Shown here one piece after another: positions 40,512 through 50,347 of a stretch of DNA of 64,000 nt. The stretch comes from an uncultured Gammaproteobacteria bacterium (lineage in GTDB: Bacteria; Pseudomonadota; Gammaproteobacteria; DRLM01), in assembly GCA_963729605.1 (NCBI GenBank), contig CAVSNY010000004.1, positions 1-64,000 on the forward strand. Reading direction: 5' to 3'. How positions within the stretch are numbered: position 1 is the stretch's first letter; every line of letters starts with the position of its first letter. The notes beneath the pieces were generated by a model. That model made no database searches. It was not told the origin of the DNA and worked only from the letters and a program-made list of their open reading frames with translations. The translations under genes and the position numbers were made by a program.

Positions 40512-41101
40512 TTAAAATCGATCTCAAAATCGACTGTGAGCCTATCCGGCGGGCGGGATCGCCCATGACGATGGCCTATTTGTCGGCGAGCGCTCCCTGT
40601 CTTGCAATCCCCGTTGCGATTTTTTGCGAGAGACTGGCAACTGAGGCAACCAATATTCGGTTAGGCACAGAAAAAATTCAGAACAAATACCCTCTCCCGC
40701 GGGCGGGAGAGGGACCGTCAGGGTGTCGCCGCGCGCGGCATTGATCGATACCCGCGCGCGCGGGAGAGGGTTGCACGGCGGTGCAACCCATGCGACCAAC
40801 GTCGATCGATACCCGCGCGGGAGAGGGATAATAAATCGTGATGCGCGCCCGGCATCTTGTCGTACCCTCTCCCGCGGGCGGGAGAGGGATTGGGTGAGGG
40901 GAGAGAGAGAAGGAGGATACCTCGTACGTGACGGCGGTCGTCCGACCACCCTCACCCCTTCCCCTCTCCCGCTCGCGGGAGAGGGGTGACGTTCACCGAG
41001 GTGGCTGTTGATCAAGCCCTTCCCCTCCCGCCCGCGGGAGAGGGGGAATGACGCCTCAGTCCGGCTTGGGATTTTTGTTCCAATTTTGAGATAGGTTCTA
41101 G
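40512..41101. mobile_element. Non-autonomous element with AGAACCTATCTCAAAA-type TIRs enclosing about 6 CCCTCTCCC/GGGAGAGGG palindromes
   Basis: Left TTAAAATCGATCTCAAAAT vs right ATTTTGAGATAGGTTCTAG (15/19 inverted match). Confidence 0.65.
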
Positions 41102-41244
41102 AGAATCTCTGATTTATTCATAGGTCCCCGCGGCACAGTGGCATCTTTGATGGCGGGCAGTCATCGCGGATGGAGAATGGCGAAAATCATATTTTTGGTT
41201 TTCCGTTCCCTGAAAATTCCAGGATGGAATGATTCGGAGCTTTC
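41102..41244 (+). mobile_element. Multi-hairpin MITE copy 1
   Basis: AGAATCTCTGATTTATTCA..CTGAAAATTCCAGGATGGAATGATTCGGAGC. Confidence 0.8.
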
Positions 41245-41414
41245 TTACTTGTCCCGCTCAGTGGAATGGCCGCGCTCAAGTTCTCCAGCCTCCTCTGTCA
41301 GGGAAGTGGATAGTCCATAATCGAGTCCATCGATCATTCCCGCCGCCTATCCCGGCGAGACAAGGGCGTGGCAAGCCGTTTATATTGCGGCCATACCAAT
41401 AAGAGACGCAGGCC

Positions 41415-41705
41415 ATGCATTATCGCGTTACCGCCTTATACGATTATCCCCCGCTTGAACGCACCGCCATCGTCGAGGCGGACAGTCCGCAACGCGCGAT
41501 GGTCAAGGCGCTCATCGAAGGCCGGCTGCCCACCGCCTTCCGGCGTGATGAGCAAGGCTGGCTGGAACCGTTGATGTGGTACCCTGGCCTGGCCGGTAAC
41601 CGGCGCTGGCCCACGGTAATCGGCGACGCGGTCTTGGAGTGGGGTGAAGAAGAGCCGCGGCATAAATTGAATTTTTACGTGGCCGAAGTAGGCGAGGGCG
41701 AATAG
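41415..41705 (+). CDS. Hypothetical protein (96 aa)
   Basis: Host-like codon use, fills gap before recQ. Confidence 0.6.
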   Translation: MHYRVTALYDYPPLERTAIVEADSPQRAMVKALIEGRLPTAFRRDEQGWLEPLMWYPGLAGNRRWPTVIGDAVLEWGEEEPRHKLNFYVAEVGEGE

Positions 41706-41829
41706 CGCCGCACGCCGGCCGTGACTTTGGCGGCCGGCATCGCCGATGCCGGATGCCTTCCGCACGATGAGCGCGGCAAGACGGCGGCGGCGTCCAAGCC
41801 GGCGGAGAATCCGGGTACAATGCCCGCCC

Positions 41830-43959
41830 ATGACGACTTCAGCGACCAGCGATACCAGCGAGATCGGCGCGACCTTGCGCCGGGTGTTCGGCTACCCGGA
41901 GTTCCGGCCTCATCAACGCGAGATCATCGAGGGCGTGCTCGCCGGGCAGGATGCCTTCGTGCTGATGCCCACCGGCGGCGGCAAGTCGCTGTGTTATCAG
42001 ATTCCCGCACTGCACCGGACGGGGGTGACGGTGGTGGTGTCGCCTCTTATCTCATTGATGAAGGATCAGGTCGATGCCTTGCGCGCCAACGGCGTGGCCG
42101 CGGCCTTTTACAACTCCGCCCTCGGCTCCGAAGAGGCGCGGCGGGTGTTGGCGCGGCTGCATGGGCGCGAGCTGGACCTGTTGTACATCAGTCCGGAACG
42201 TCTGCTGAGCGAAGGATTTCTGCAACGCCTGCGCGGGATCGACATCGCCTTGTTCGCCATCGACGAGGCCCATTGCGTGTCGCAATGGGGCCATGATTTC
42301 CGCCGCGAATACGCCCAGCTCGGTCTATTGCGCGGCGAGTTTCCGCAAGTGCCTTTGGTGGCGCTCACCGCCACCGCCGACGCCCAGACCCGCGAGGACA
42401 TCGTGCGGGTGCTCGGTCTGCAAAAGGCCAAACAGTACATCACCGGTTTCGATCGCCCCAACATCCGCTACACCGTGCTGGAAAAACACAAACCTTTTGA
42501 TCAGCTCATGCAATTTCTCGACGCGCGCCGCGGCCAGGCCGGCATCGTTTACGCGCTAAGTCGCAAGCGAGTGGAAGAATTGAGCGAAAAACTGCGCGAC
42601 GGCGGATTACGCGCCGCGGCCTATCACGCGGGCCTGCCCGGCGCGCAGCGCCAGGCGGCGCAGGAGGCCTTTCTGCGCGACGAATTGCAAGTGGTGGTGG
42701 CCACGGTGGCCTTCGGCATGGGCATCGACAAACCCAACGTGCGTTTCGTGGTGCATTACGATCTGCCTAAAAACATCGAAGGTTTTTATCAGGAGACCGG
42801 CCGCGCCGGCCGCGACGGTCTGCCCTCCGACGCGCTGTTGCTGCACGGCGCGCAGGATGCCGCCACCGCGCGGCGTTTCATCGACGCCATCGAACATCCC
42901 GAGCAGCGCCGCATCGAATTGCACAAACTCAATGCCATGGTCGGGCTGGCGGAGAGCGTGACCTGCCGGCGGCGGGTCTTGCTCAATTATTTCGGCGAGC
43001 GGCTGGGCGACGCCTGCGGCAACTGCGACGTCTGCCTCGATCCGCCGGCGCAGTTCGACGCGACCCTCGACGCGCAAAAGGCCTTGTCCTGCGTTTACCG
43101 GGTCGGCCAGCGTTTCGGTGTGGGCCACGTGGTAGACGTGCTGCGCGGCGCCGACAACGAACGGATCCGTTCCTTGGGCCATCAAAGCGTCTCCACGTAC
43201 GGCGTGGGCAGCGACAAGAGCGAGCAGGAGTGGACCTCCATCCTCCGTCAACTGATTCATCACGGCTATCTGACGCAGGACATCGCCAATTATTCCGTGC
43301 TGCAACTCACCGAGGCGGCGCGCCCGCTGCTGCGCGGCGAGCAGAGTTTGCGGCTGGCCAAGCCGCGCATCCGCGAACAGCTCAAAAAGAAACGGTCCAG
43401 ACTCGACGCGGGCACGGGCGGTTATGACGAAACGCTGTTCGATCGCTTGCGCGCCTTGCGCAAACGCCTCGCCGATGAGCAGGGCGTGCCGCCCTACATC
43501 GTGTTCGGCGACGCGACGCTCGCGCAGATGGCCCGCGACCAACCTTTGGACGAAGGCGCGCTGCTGACGGTGGTGGGTGTGGGCCAGCATAAATTGGAAA
43601 AATACGGCCACGATTTTCTGAACGCCATCGCCGACTATTGCCTGGCCAACGGCGAGCGCGGCGTCGCCATGGAACCGCCGCTGCGCGATACCTGGCTGGC
43701 CTATCAGGAAGGTCTCGACCTCGACGCCATCGCCAGCCGGCGCGGATTGCCCTTGACCCAGACCGCGGAACAATTGATGCGATTGATGGAACTGGGCCAG
43801 CCGGTCATACCCGAACGTTTGATCGCGGCGAAAAAATATCGGCTCATCGAAGCGGCCTTGACCCAATTGGGCGACGAAGCGGTGTGGGAGCATCTGCGTG
43901 GCGCCTTGCCGGCCTTCGTCGCCGATCACGAGATCGCCCTGGTGCGGGCCGGATGGTGA
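41830..43959 (+). CDS. recQ: DNA helicase RecQ (HRDC plus extra C-terminal HTH)
   Basis: MPTGGGKSLCYQ, DEAHCVSQWGHDFR, QETGRAGRDG, CGNCDVC, VPPYIVFGD. Confidence 0.97.
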   Translation: MTTSATSDTSEIGATLRRVFGYPEFRPHQREIIEGVLAGQDAFVLMPTGGGKSLCYQIPALHRTGVTVVVSPLISLMKDQVDALRANGVAAAFYNSALGSEEARRVLARLHGRELDLLYISPERLLSEGFLQRLRGIDIALFAIDEAHCVSQWGHDFRREYAQLGLLRGEFPQVPLVALTATADAQTREDIVRVLGLQKAKQYITGFDRPNIRYTVLEKHKPFDQLMQFLDARRGQAGIVYALSRKRVEELSEKLRDGGLRAAAYHAGLPGAQRQAAQEAFLRDELQVVVATVAFGMGIDKPNVRFVVHYDLPKNIEGFYQETGRAGRDGLPSDALLLHGAQDAATARRFIDAIEHPEQRRIELHKLNAMVGLAESVTCRRRVLLNYFGERLGDACGNCDVCLDPPAQFDATLDAQKALSCVYRVGQRFGVGHVVDVLRGADNERIRSLGHQSVSTYGVGSDKSEQEWTSILRQLIHHGYLTQDIANYSVLQLTEAARPLLRGEQSLRLAKPRIREQLKKKRSRLDAGTGGYDETLFDRLRALRKRLADEQGVPPYIVFGDATLAQMARDQPLDEGALLTVVGVGQHKLEKYGHDFLNAIADYCLANGERGVAMEPPLRDTWLAYQEGLDLDAIASRRGLPLTQTAEQLMRLMELGQPVIPERLIAAKKYRLIEAALTQLGDEAVWEHLRGALPAFVADHEIALVRAGW

Positions 43960-43969
43960 GCGATTCCGG

Positions 43970-44333
43970 CTAGAACCTATCGCAAAAATGAAATAGAAGT
44001 CCCAAACCGGCTAACCCCTCTCCCTGTCCCTCTCCCACCCGCGGGAGAGGGGACGTTTTTAACGATCGTGCAGCCATCTTTATCCCCTCTCCCCTCGTGG
44101 GAGAGGGGTAGGGGAGAGGGGGGATGACGGCGAAGACCCTATTCAGAAACCGCGGCGATTTATTTTAAGGAACCTCTGATTTATTCAGAGGTTCCCGCGC
44201 CACACGGATGTGCCGCCATTTTCAATGATGTCAGCCATTGAAAATGAAGAGCAGCGAAAATCACATTTTCGCTGCCCGCGCCCTGAAAATTCCAGGATGG
44301 AATTATTCAGAGCGTCCTTAAGATAGATTCTAG
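43970..44333. mobile_element. CTAG-bounded element carrying palindromes, with a MITE nested in its right TIR
   Basis: CTAGAACCTATCGCAAAA ... TTTTAA[MITE]GATAGATTCTAG. Confidence 0.8.
44169..44317 (+). mobile_element. Multi-hairpin MITE copy 2
   Basis: GGAACCTCTGA..TCAGAGCGTCC flanked by TTAA on both sides. Confidence 0.88.
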
Positions 44334-44446
44334 TCGATCAGCGCCGTCCTAAACCAAAGCGCTTCGTGTCTACGCGGCATGGGTTGAAGCTGCCGCGAGT
44401 GTAGGCGAGAATGCCCCCTCATTCACCGACAACGCATCACGCCCTC

Positions 44447-44770
44447 ATGATCGAACCGAGTAACGAAACCGAACTGCGCGCCCTGCTCAACGGCGAGACC
44501 GGCAAATTGCACTGGCGGGAATTGCAGCGCCATTACGCCCGCGGCGCGGTGATTCGCGTCGCCCCGGCGTTGGATCTGGTGGAGGTGGCCTTGCGTTTGA
44601 TGCAGGACGACAAAGCCATCTTCGAGGCGTGGCTGGACGCGGGACTCGTGATGCGCGCCGACGATGGTCACGCCGAAGGGTGGGCCGCGCGTGGCGCGGT
44701 GTTGTGGGCGGTGGTAGTCGCGCCGTGGGTCCTGGTGCAGGAGACCGAGGCCGGCCTCGATCTGAATTGA
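44447..44770 (+). CDS. DUF2288-like protein
   Basis: LNGETGKLHWRELQRHYARG, LDLVEVA, WAVVVAPWVLVQ. Confidence 0.85.
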   Translation: MIEPSNETELRALLNGETGKLHWRELQRHYARGAVIRVAPALDLVEVALRLMQDDKAIFEAWLDAGLVMRADDGHAEGWAARGAVLWAVVVAPWVLVQETEAGLDLN

Positions 44771-44995
44771 AAGCGCACCGCGCTTCGCGCATCCGAATGC
44801 CGTTGTGAATTGCCTATCCTCATTCTTGCGGCGTGGCCCCGCCGAATTGATCGCCGTCCCCGATGACGTACCGCTGGTCAGACACTGACGGGTCGAGATT
44901 GATTTGTCATCGATGCTTCACCCTCGCGTTGTCGAGAGGTGCGCCGACAAACAAGCCAGTGAGCCGTCCTGGTGTTATACTGCGCGGGTTTTTAA

Positions 44996-45143
44996 GAAAC
45001 CTCCGATTTATTTCGAGGTTTCACGCGGCACAGGGACGCGTCGTCATGCCCCGATCAGGAAAGTGATCGAGGCAGGGTGAAATCAAAATCACATCTCGTG
45101 TTTCGTCTCCGCAAAATCCAGGGAGGAATTTGGCGGGGCTTCC
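44996..45143 (+). mobile_element. Multi-hairpin MITE copy 3 (diverged)
   Basis: GAAACCTCCGATTTATTTCGAGGTTTC..AAAATCCAGGGAGGAATT..GCTTCC. Confidence 0.7.
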
Positions 45144-45172
45144 TAAAATTTATACATGGAGCAAAAAATCAA

Positions 45173-45631
45173 ATGGTGGAACAAAACAAGAGCGTCATCG
45201 GTGCGCGTGGCGCGGCCGCGGTAAAAGCGATACAGGCCGCCGAGGCGCTGGCGGTGAAGGCCCATGCGGATTGGGCGAAGTCCATCGCCGCCGCCGTGGC
45301 GGTGACCGATAAAGAATTCGCCGTCGTCGCCAAAAAGGCGGCGGGGCTCAAGGCGCGGTCGGCCAAGGCGCTGGCGCGGGTGAAGAATGCCAAAGGCCCG
45401 GCGGCCAAGGTCAAGGCGCGTGACGCACGCAAACAAGTGCAGACGCAGTTGGCGGCGGTCACCGCCGATCTGGCTACCCTGCGCGCATCGCAAGCCGCCG
45501 CCCAGGCCGACGCCAAATTGTTCAAGCTGATCGACAAGGCCTTGACCGGCGCGATGAAGGCGGCGGACAAGGCGGCGGCCAAGGCCGCGAAGTCCAAGAA
45601 ACGCCGCCGGGCTAAAAAACCGGTGTCATGA
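45173..45631 (+). CDS. Ala/Lys-rich basic protein (histone H1-like composition)
   Basis: GGAG RBS; KAAAKAAKSKKRRRAKK tail; strongly helical composition. Confidence 0.7.
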   Translation: MVEQNKSVIGARGAAAVKAIQAAEALAVKAHADWAKSIAAAVAVTDKEFAVVAKKAAGLKARSAKALARVKNAKGPAAKVKARDARKQVQTQLAAVTADLATLRASQAAAQADAKLFKLIDKALTGAMKAADKAAAKAAKSKKRRRAKKPVS

Positions 45632-45922
45632 TCCGGACGGGCGGGGCGCATATTTCCGAATAAATGCTGAAAAACGCCATGCGGAAAGGGCTTGCCGGCC
45701 AAGCCCGTGTGTCCCGCCCTCCTCCCCGATTTCCTCTCGTGTTGTCTGCCCGTGCCGGTGCCGCCGGCGGGTGACGCCGTTCGCCTTCGCGGGTGGATTT
45801 GTGAGAGAATGCGCCGCGGTCGCGCGGGCCACCTCGTTCGCGGGCTGGCAGCCCGCATCACGTCCGCCATCCATTAAGTAGCGCCTTTGCAGTAAACCTC
45901 TTTTATATTTGGAACAGTACTC

Positions 45923-47515
45923 GTGATTTCTACAGCCAACCTCGCCATCCAGTTTGGGGCCAAACCTCTTTTTGAAAATGTCTCGGTCAAGTTCGGCGGC
46001 GGCAACCGTTACGGCCTGATCGGCGCCAACGGTTGCGGCAAATCCACCTTGATGAAGATCCTCGGCGGCGACCTGGACGCGAGCGCGGGGTCGGTGAGCA
46101 TCGAGGCCAATCAACGGCTCGGCAAACTGCGCCAGGATCAATTCGCCTTCGAGAATTACACGGTGCTCGATACGGTGATCATGGGGCACGGCGAGTTGTG
46201 GCGTATCAAACAGGAACGCGACCGCATCTATTCCTTGCCCGAGATGAGCGACGACGACGGCATGAAAGTCGCCGACCTGGAAGTCGCCTTCGCCGAGATG
46301 GACGGTTACACCGCCGAGTCTCGTGCCGGGGAATTGCTGCTGGGTCTGGGCATCCCCATCGAACAACACACGGGACCGATGAGCGCGGTGGCGCCGGGCT
46401 GGAAACTGCGGGTGCTGCTGGCGCAGGCGCTGTTCGCCGATCCGGACATCATGCTGCTCGACGAGCCCACCAACAACCTCGACATCAGCACCATCCGCTG
46501 GCTGGAGGGCGTGCTCAACGCCCGCACCAGCACCATGATCATCATCTCCCATGACCGCCATTTCCTGAACAGCGTATGCACTCACATGGCCGATCTCGAC
46601 TACGGCGAGGTGCGCGTCTATCCCGGCAATTACGACGACTACATGATCGCGGCCACGCAAGTGCGCGAACGCCTGTTGTCCGACAACGCCAAGAAAAAGG
46701 CCCAGATCGCCGATTTGCAGACCTTCGTCAGCCGCTTTTCCGCCAACGCCTCCAAAGCCAAACAGGCCACCTCGCGCGCCAAACAGATCGAGAAGATCAA
46801 GCTGGAGGACGTCAAGCCCTCGAGCCGGGTCAATCCTTACATCCGTTTCGAGCAGGAGAAAAAATTGTATCGCCTGGCTTTGGAGGTAAAGGGACTGAGC
46901 AAGGGTTACGGCGCCACGCCGCTGTTCAGCGATCTCGATTTGATGGTGGAAGTGGGCGAACGCATCGCGGTGATCGGGCCGAACGGCATCGGCAAAACCA
47001 CCTTGTTGCGGACCCTGGTCGGCGAACTCGCGCCGGACAGCGGCGTAGTGAAATGGTCGGAGAACGCCAACGTCGGTTACTTCGCCCAGGATCACGCCGC
47101 CGATTTCGCCGACAACACCTCTCTGTTCGACTGGATGAGCCAGTGGCAGCAACCGGGCGAGGATGAGCAGGTGATCCGCGGCACCTTGGGCCGCTTGCTG
47201 TTTTCCCAGGATGAAATTAAAAAATCGGTGAAGCATATTTCCGGTGGCGAACAGGGCCGCATGTTGTTCGGCAAGTTGATGCAGCTCAAGCCCAATGTGT
47301 TGGTGATGGACGAACCCACCAATCACTTGGACATGGAGTCGATCGAGTCGCTCAATACCGCGCTGGAAAATTATCCCGGCACCTTGATCTTCGTCAGCCA
47401 CGACCGCGAATTCGTCTCGTCGCTCGCCACCCGCATCATCGAGATGACGCCGCGGGGTCTGGTGAACTTCAACGGCAGCTACGACGATTATCTGCGTAGC
47501 CAGGGCGTGGAGTAA
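45923..47515 (+). CDS. ybiT: ABC-F family ATPase
   Basis: Two ABC domains GANGCGKST / [36 protein letters not shown]. Confidence 0.93.
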   Translation: MISTANLAIQFGAKPLFENVSVKFGGGNRYGLIGANGCGKSTLMKILGGDLDASAGSVSIEANQRLGKLRQDQFAFENYTVLDTVIMGHGELWRIKQERDRIYSLPEMSDDDGMKVADLEVAFAEMDGYTAESRAGELLLGLGIPIEQHTGPMSAVAPGWKLRVLLAQALFADPDIMLLDEPTNNLDISTIRWLEGVLNARTSTMIIISHDRHFLNSVCTHMADLDYGEVRVYPGNYDDYMIAATQVRERLLSDNAKKKAQIADLQTFVSRFSANASKAKQATSRAKQIEKIKLEDVKPSSRVNPYIRFEQEKKLYRLALEVKGLSKGYGATPLFSDLDLMVEVGERIAVIGPNGIGKTTLLRTLVGELAPDSGVVKWSENANVGYFAQDHAADFADNTSLFDWMSQWQQPGEDEQVIRGTLGRLLFSQDEIKKSVKHISGGEQGRMLFGKLMQLKPNVLVMDEPTNHLDMESIESLNTALENYPGTLIFVSHDREFVSSLATRIIEMTPRGLVNFNGSYDDYLRSQGVE

Positions 47516-47572
47516 GCGAGTCGCGATATCTCCCGCCCGCCGAAAAGCGGGTGAGGAGTTCGCCGCGCGGAG

Positions 47573-47761
47573 TTAATCGTCTTCCCGCGCGATACCCAGT
47601 CGCACCAGATTGCCGTCGCTGTCCACCTCGCAGTGGAACAGGATGGGGCGACAGCAGATTTCGCAATCCTCGTAATAAGTCTGATTGCCCGCCGAACCGT
47701 CCACGCTGATATTGAAGGTTTCCCCGCAGTAGGGGCATTCCACGGATCTTTCATGCAGCAA
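47573..47761 (-). CDS. CPXCG-motif small zinc-finger protein
   Basis: CPYCGE..YYEDCEICCRPI. Confidence 0.85.
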   Translation of the reverse strand: MLHERSVECPYCGETFNISVDGSAGNQTYYEDCEICCRPILFHCEVDSDGNLVRLGIAREDD

Positions 47762-47868
47762 GGGGATGTCGCCCGCCAGGAAGGATTTGCCGGTCTTGGG
47801 TTTTGCGCGCTTGTCGGGGTGATGGTCCATGATATGTCGACTCACTCTTGATGCATGCTGCGAATTGG

Positions 47869-48163
47869 GCAAGCTCTGATCTTATTCAGAGTCCGCCGCG
47901 GCACGGGAGGGTGCCGCTATTTCAACGGTGCTCAGCCGTTGAAAATGAAGAAAGCGAAAATGAATCCGCATCGCCCGCCGATTCCAGAATGGAATTATCG
48001 CGGGTTCTCTTAGGAAACCTCTGATTTATTCAGAGGCTCCCGCGGCACATGGATGTGCCGCCATTTTCAACGGCGTTTACCATCAAAAATGAAGGGAAAC
48101 GAAAATCACATTTTCGCTTTCCCGTACTCTGAAAATTCCAGGATGGAATTATTCAGAGCTTCC
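47869..48163 (+). mobile_element. Multi-hairpin MITE copies 4 and 5 in tandem
   Basis: 47869-48009 and 48014-48163; the second is flanked by TTAG on both sides. Confidence 0.85.
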
Positions 48164-48207
48164 TTAGAGTGTAGTCGCGTCGCCGTGTCTGTCCATAGAG
48201 GAAATGC

Positions 48208-48636
48208 CTAACCCGCGGCGAGACGCAGCAGCAGGGCGCGGGTCTCCGGATGTATGGCCGGGTCATCCAACGCGGCCAGATCGATCCAACATACTTCCCG
48301 CGCATCATCGCCCGCGATGGCCTTGCCGTCCAGATAATCGGCGAGCAAACACACCACCACGTAGTGATAACGAATGTGTCCCGTCGCATCCGCATCGATC
48401 ACGTCGAAGGCGTGGAGCACCTCCCGGGCGCGCGCCGTCACGCCGGTTTCCTCCCGCACCTCGCGTTCGGCCGCCTGCCGCAAGGTCTCGCCGAGCCGCA
48501 CCGTGCCGCCGGGCAGCGCCCACCATCCCGCGTTGGGCGGGCGGTCGCGCCGCACCAGCAAGACCTCGGCGCCGCGCGCGACCACCACGCCCACGCCCAG
48601 GCGGGGTTCGGCCGGATAGGTGCGCGGGTCGTTCAT
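48208..48636 (-). CDS. NUDIX hydrolase
   Basis: GGTVRLGETLRQAAEREVREETG; ATGA overlap with upstream gene. Confidence 0.92.
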   Translation of the reverse strand: MNDPRTYPAEPRLGVGVVVARGAEVLLVRRDRPPNAGWWALPGGTVRLGETLRQAAEREVREETGVTARAREVLHAFDVIDADATGHIRYHYVVVCLLADYLDGKAIAGDDAREVCWIDLAALDDPAIHPETRALLLRLAAG

Positions 48637-50168
48637 TGCGGCGCGGCGCCGGTTTGGATGGTGAAGATCAACATCGCCTCGTCGCGGTCCAGCGCCTCTT
48701 GATGTTCGAGTTGCCGTTCCAGTACGGCGACGTCGGCTTCGGAGGCGTCGCGGCCCCGGGTCGCGCGTTCGGCGACGCGGCCGCGCAATTGTTCCGGCGG
48801 CGCCTTGCAATCGAAGATCACGAAGGGAAGTTCGAGGCGTTCGGCGAGTTGCCGGAACAGTTCGCGTTGCGCGCGTTTTAAAAACGCGGCATCGACGATG
48901 ACCGGGAAACCCGCATCGAGCACGGTCTCCGCCAGTTCGGCGAGATGGTGATAGGTGCGCGCGCCGGCGTCGGCGCTGTACAGGCCGCTGTTGACCGCGG
49001 AGCCGCTGCGCGCGTCGGCCGCCAGACCGAACAGCCGTTTGCGTTCCACGTCGGAGCGCAGCCGTATCGCGCCCTGCGATTCCAGCACGCCGTCGCTCAG
49101 CGTGGTCTTGCCCGAGCCGGACAGGCCGTGGGTGATCATCAAAGGCGTGGGCCCCGCCGCGGTGAAACGCGCGGCGAGACGCAGATAAGCGGCGACGTGT
49201 TGCCGCGCGGCGCGGCCTTGTTCTTCGCTCACGCCGTCTTGCGCGAGGCGCAGGCAGGCCACCTTGGCGCGCACCAGCGCGCGATACACCTGGTAGAAAC
49301 GCAATACCCGCAGACCCGCATAATCGCCGGTGTGTTGCAGATAATCGTTCAAGACGCGCCGGGCGAGGTCGGACCGGCCGCGGTCGTGGAGGTCCATGGT
49401 GAGAAAGGCGATCTCGCTCATCACATCGATCCAGCGCAGCTCGGGATTGAACTCGATGCAATCGAACAGCACCGGCCGGCCGTCGAGCAGGGCGATGTTG
49501 CCGAGATGGGCGTCGCCGTGGCATTCGCGGATATACCCCGTCTGTTGGCGCTGGGTGAACACGCCGCGCAAGCTGGCGAAGGCGCTTTCGCTCCAGCGCT
49601 GCAACGCGTCGAGCTGGTCGAGTTCGTCGCGGGCCGCCAGACGCGGGCGGATCTGCGCGAAATTTTGCGCCACCGGTTGCCAGACCGCCTCCGCCGAACC
49701 GTAGTGTCCACCGGCCTTCGCCACCGCGGCGGTGCGGTGAAACGCGGCCAGGGTCTCGGCGAGGGCGGCGATCTGCGCGGCGGCGAGTTCGCCGCGGGCC
49801 AGCACCCGGTCGAGCTGGGCCTCCTGGGGGAACTCGCGCATCTGCACTGCGTATTCGATGGCCTCGCCCGCGCCGCCGAGGCGGGGCGCGGCCGGTGTGC
49901 CGGTAATGGGGAGTACCGCGAGATAAAGCTCGGGGGCCAGGCGGCGGTTGAGGCGCAGTTCTTCCTCGCAGCAGTGGCGGCGTTTCGCCAGGCTGGAAAA
50001 ATCGAGAAAGCCGAAGTCCACCGGCTTTTTGATCTTGTAGGCGTAGTCGCCGGTGAGCAGCACCCAGGAGATGTGGGTTTCCACCAGCCGCACGCCGACC
50101 GCCGGGTGGGCGTAACAGGCCGGGTTTTGCAAGGCCTCAATCAGTGTGATGCTCGGGTCCTCGGTCAC
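48633..50168 (-). CDS. Bifunctional aminoglycoside-phosphotransferase-like / AAA_33 kinase
   Basis: ETHISW, ECHGDAHLGN, DCIEFN, GLSGSGKT, RSDVERKRL. Confidence 0.92.
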   Translation of the reverse strand: MTEDPSITLIEALQNPACYAHPAVGVRLVETHISWVLLTGDYAYKIKKPVDFGFLDFSSLAKRRHCCEEELRLNRRLAPELYLAVLPITGTPAAPRLGGAGEAIEYAVQMREFPQEAQLDRVLARGELAAAQIAALAETLAAFHRTAAVAKAGGHYGSAEAVWQPVAQNFAQIRPRLAARDELDQLDALQRWSESAFASLRGVFTQRQQTGYIRECHGDAHLGNIALLDGRPVLFDCIEFNPELRWIDVMSEIAFLTMDLHDRGRSDLARRVLNDYLQHTGDYAGLRVLRFYQVYRALVRAKVACLRLAQDGVSEEQGRAARQHVAAYLRLAARFTAAGPTPLMITHGLSGSGKTTLSDGVLESQGAIRLRSDVERKRLFGLAADARSGSAVNSGLYSADAGARTYHHLAELAETVLDAGFPVIVDAAFLKRAQRELFRQLAERLELPFVIFDCKAPPEQLRGRVAERATRGRDASEADVAVLERQLEHQEALDRDEAMLIFTIQTGAAPQ

Positions 50169-50347
50169 GATCCGCTCGACACGGTGGGTACGGAATCATT
50201 ATTCCAAATGGGACCGGCGCCGCAAGCCTTATTTTCCGTGGCGGGTCGCCCATCGCGCGTGCGCGAACGTGTATAATCGCGCCATACTTCGCCTTGCCGA
50301 AGTCGCCGATTCACTTCTATACCCTTGCAGCCGGTCGCCATTCGCTA

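Noticed and set aside
40690-41050. Possible CRISPR array
   Set aside because: Palindromes vary in sequence, orientation and spacing; no cas genes; same motif is dispersed elsewhere
45077-45172. N-terminal extension of the Ala/Lys-rich ORF
   Set aside because: Derived from MITE sequence; the RBS supports the ATG at 45173
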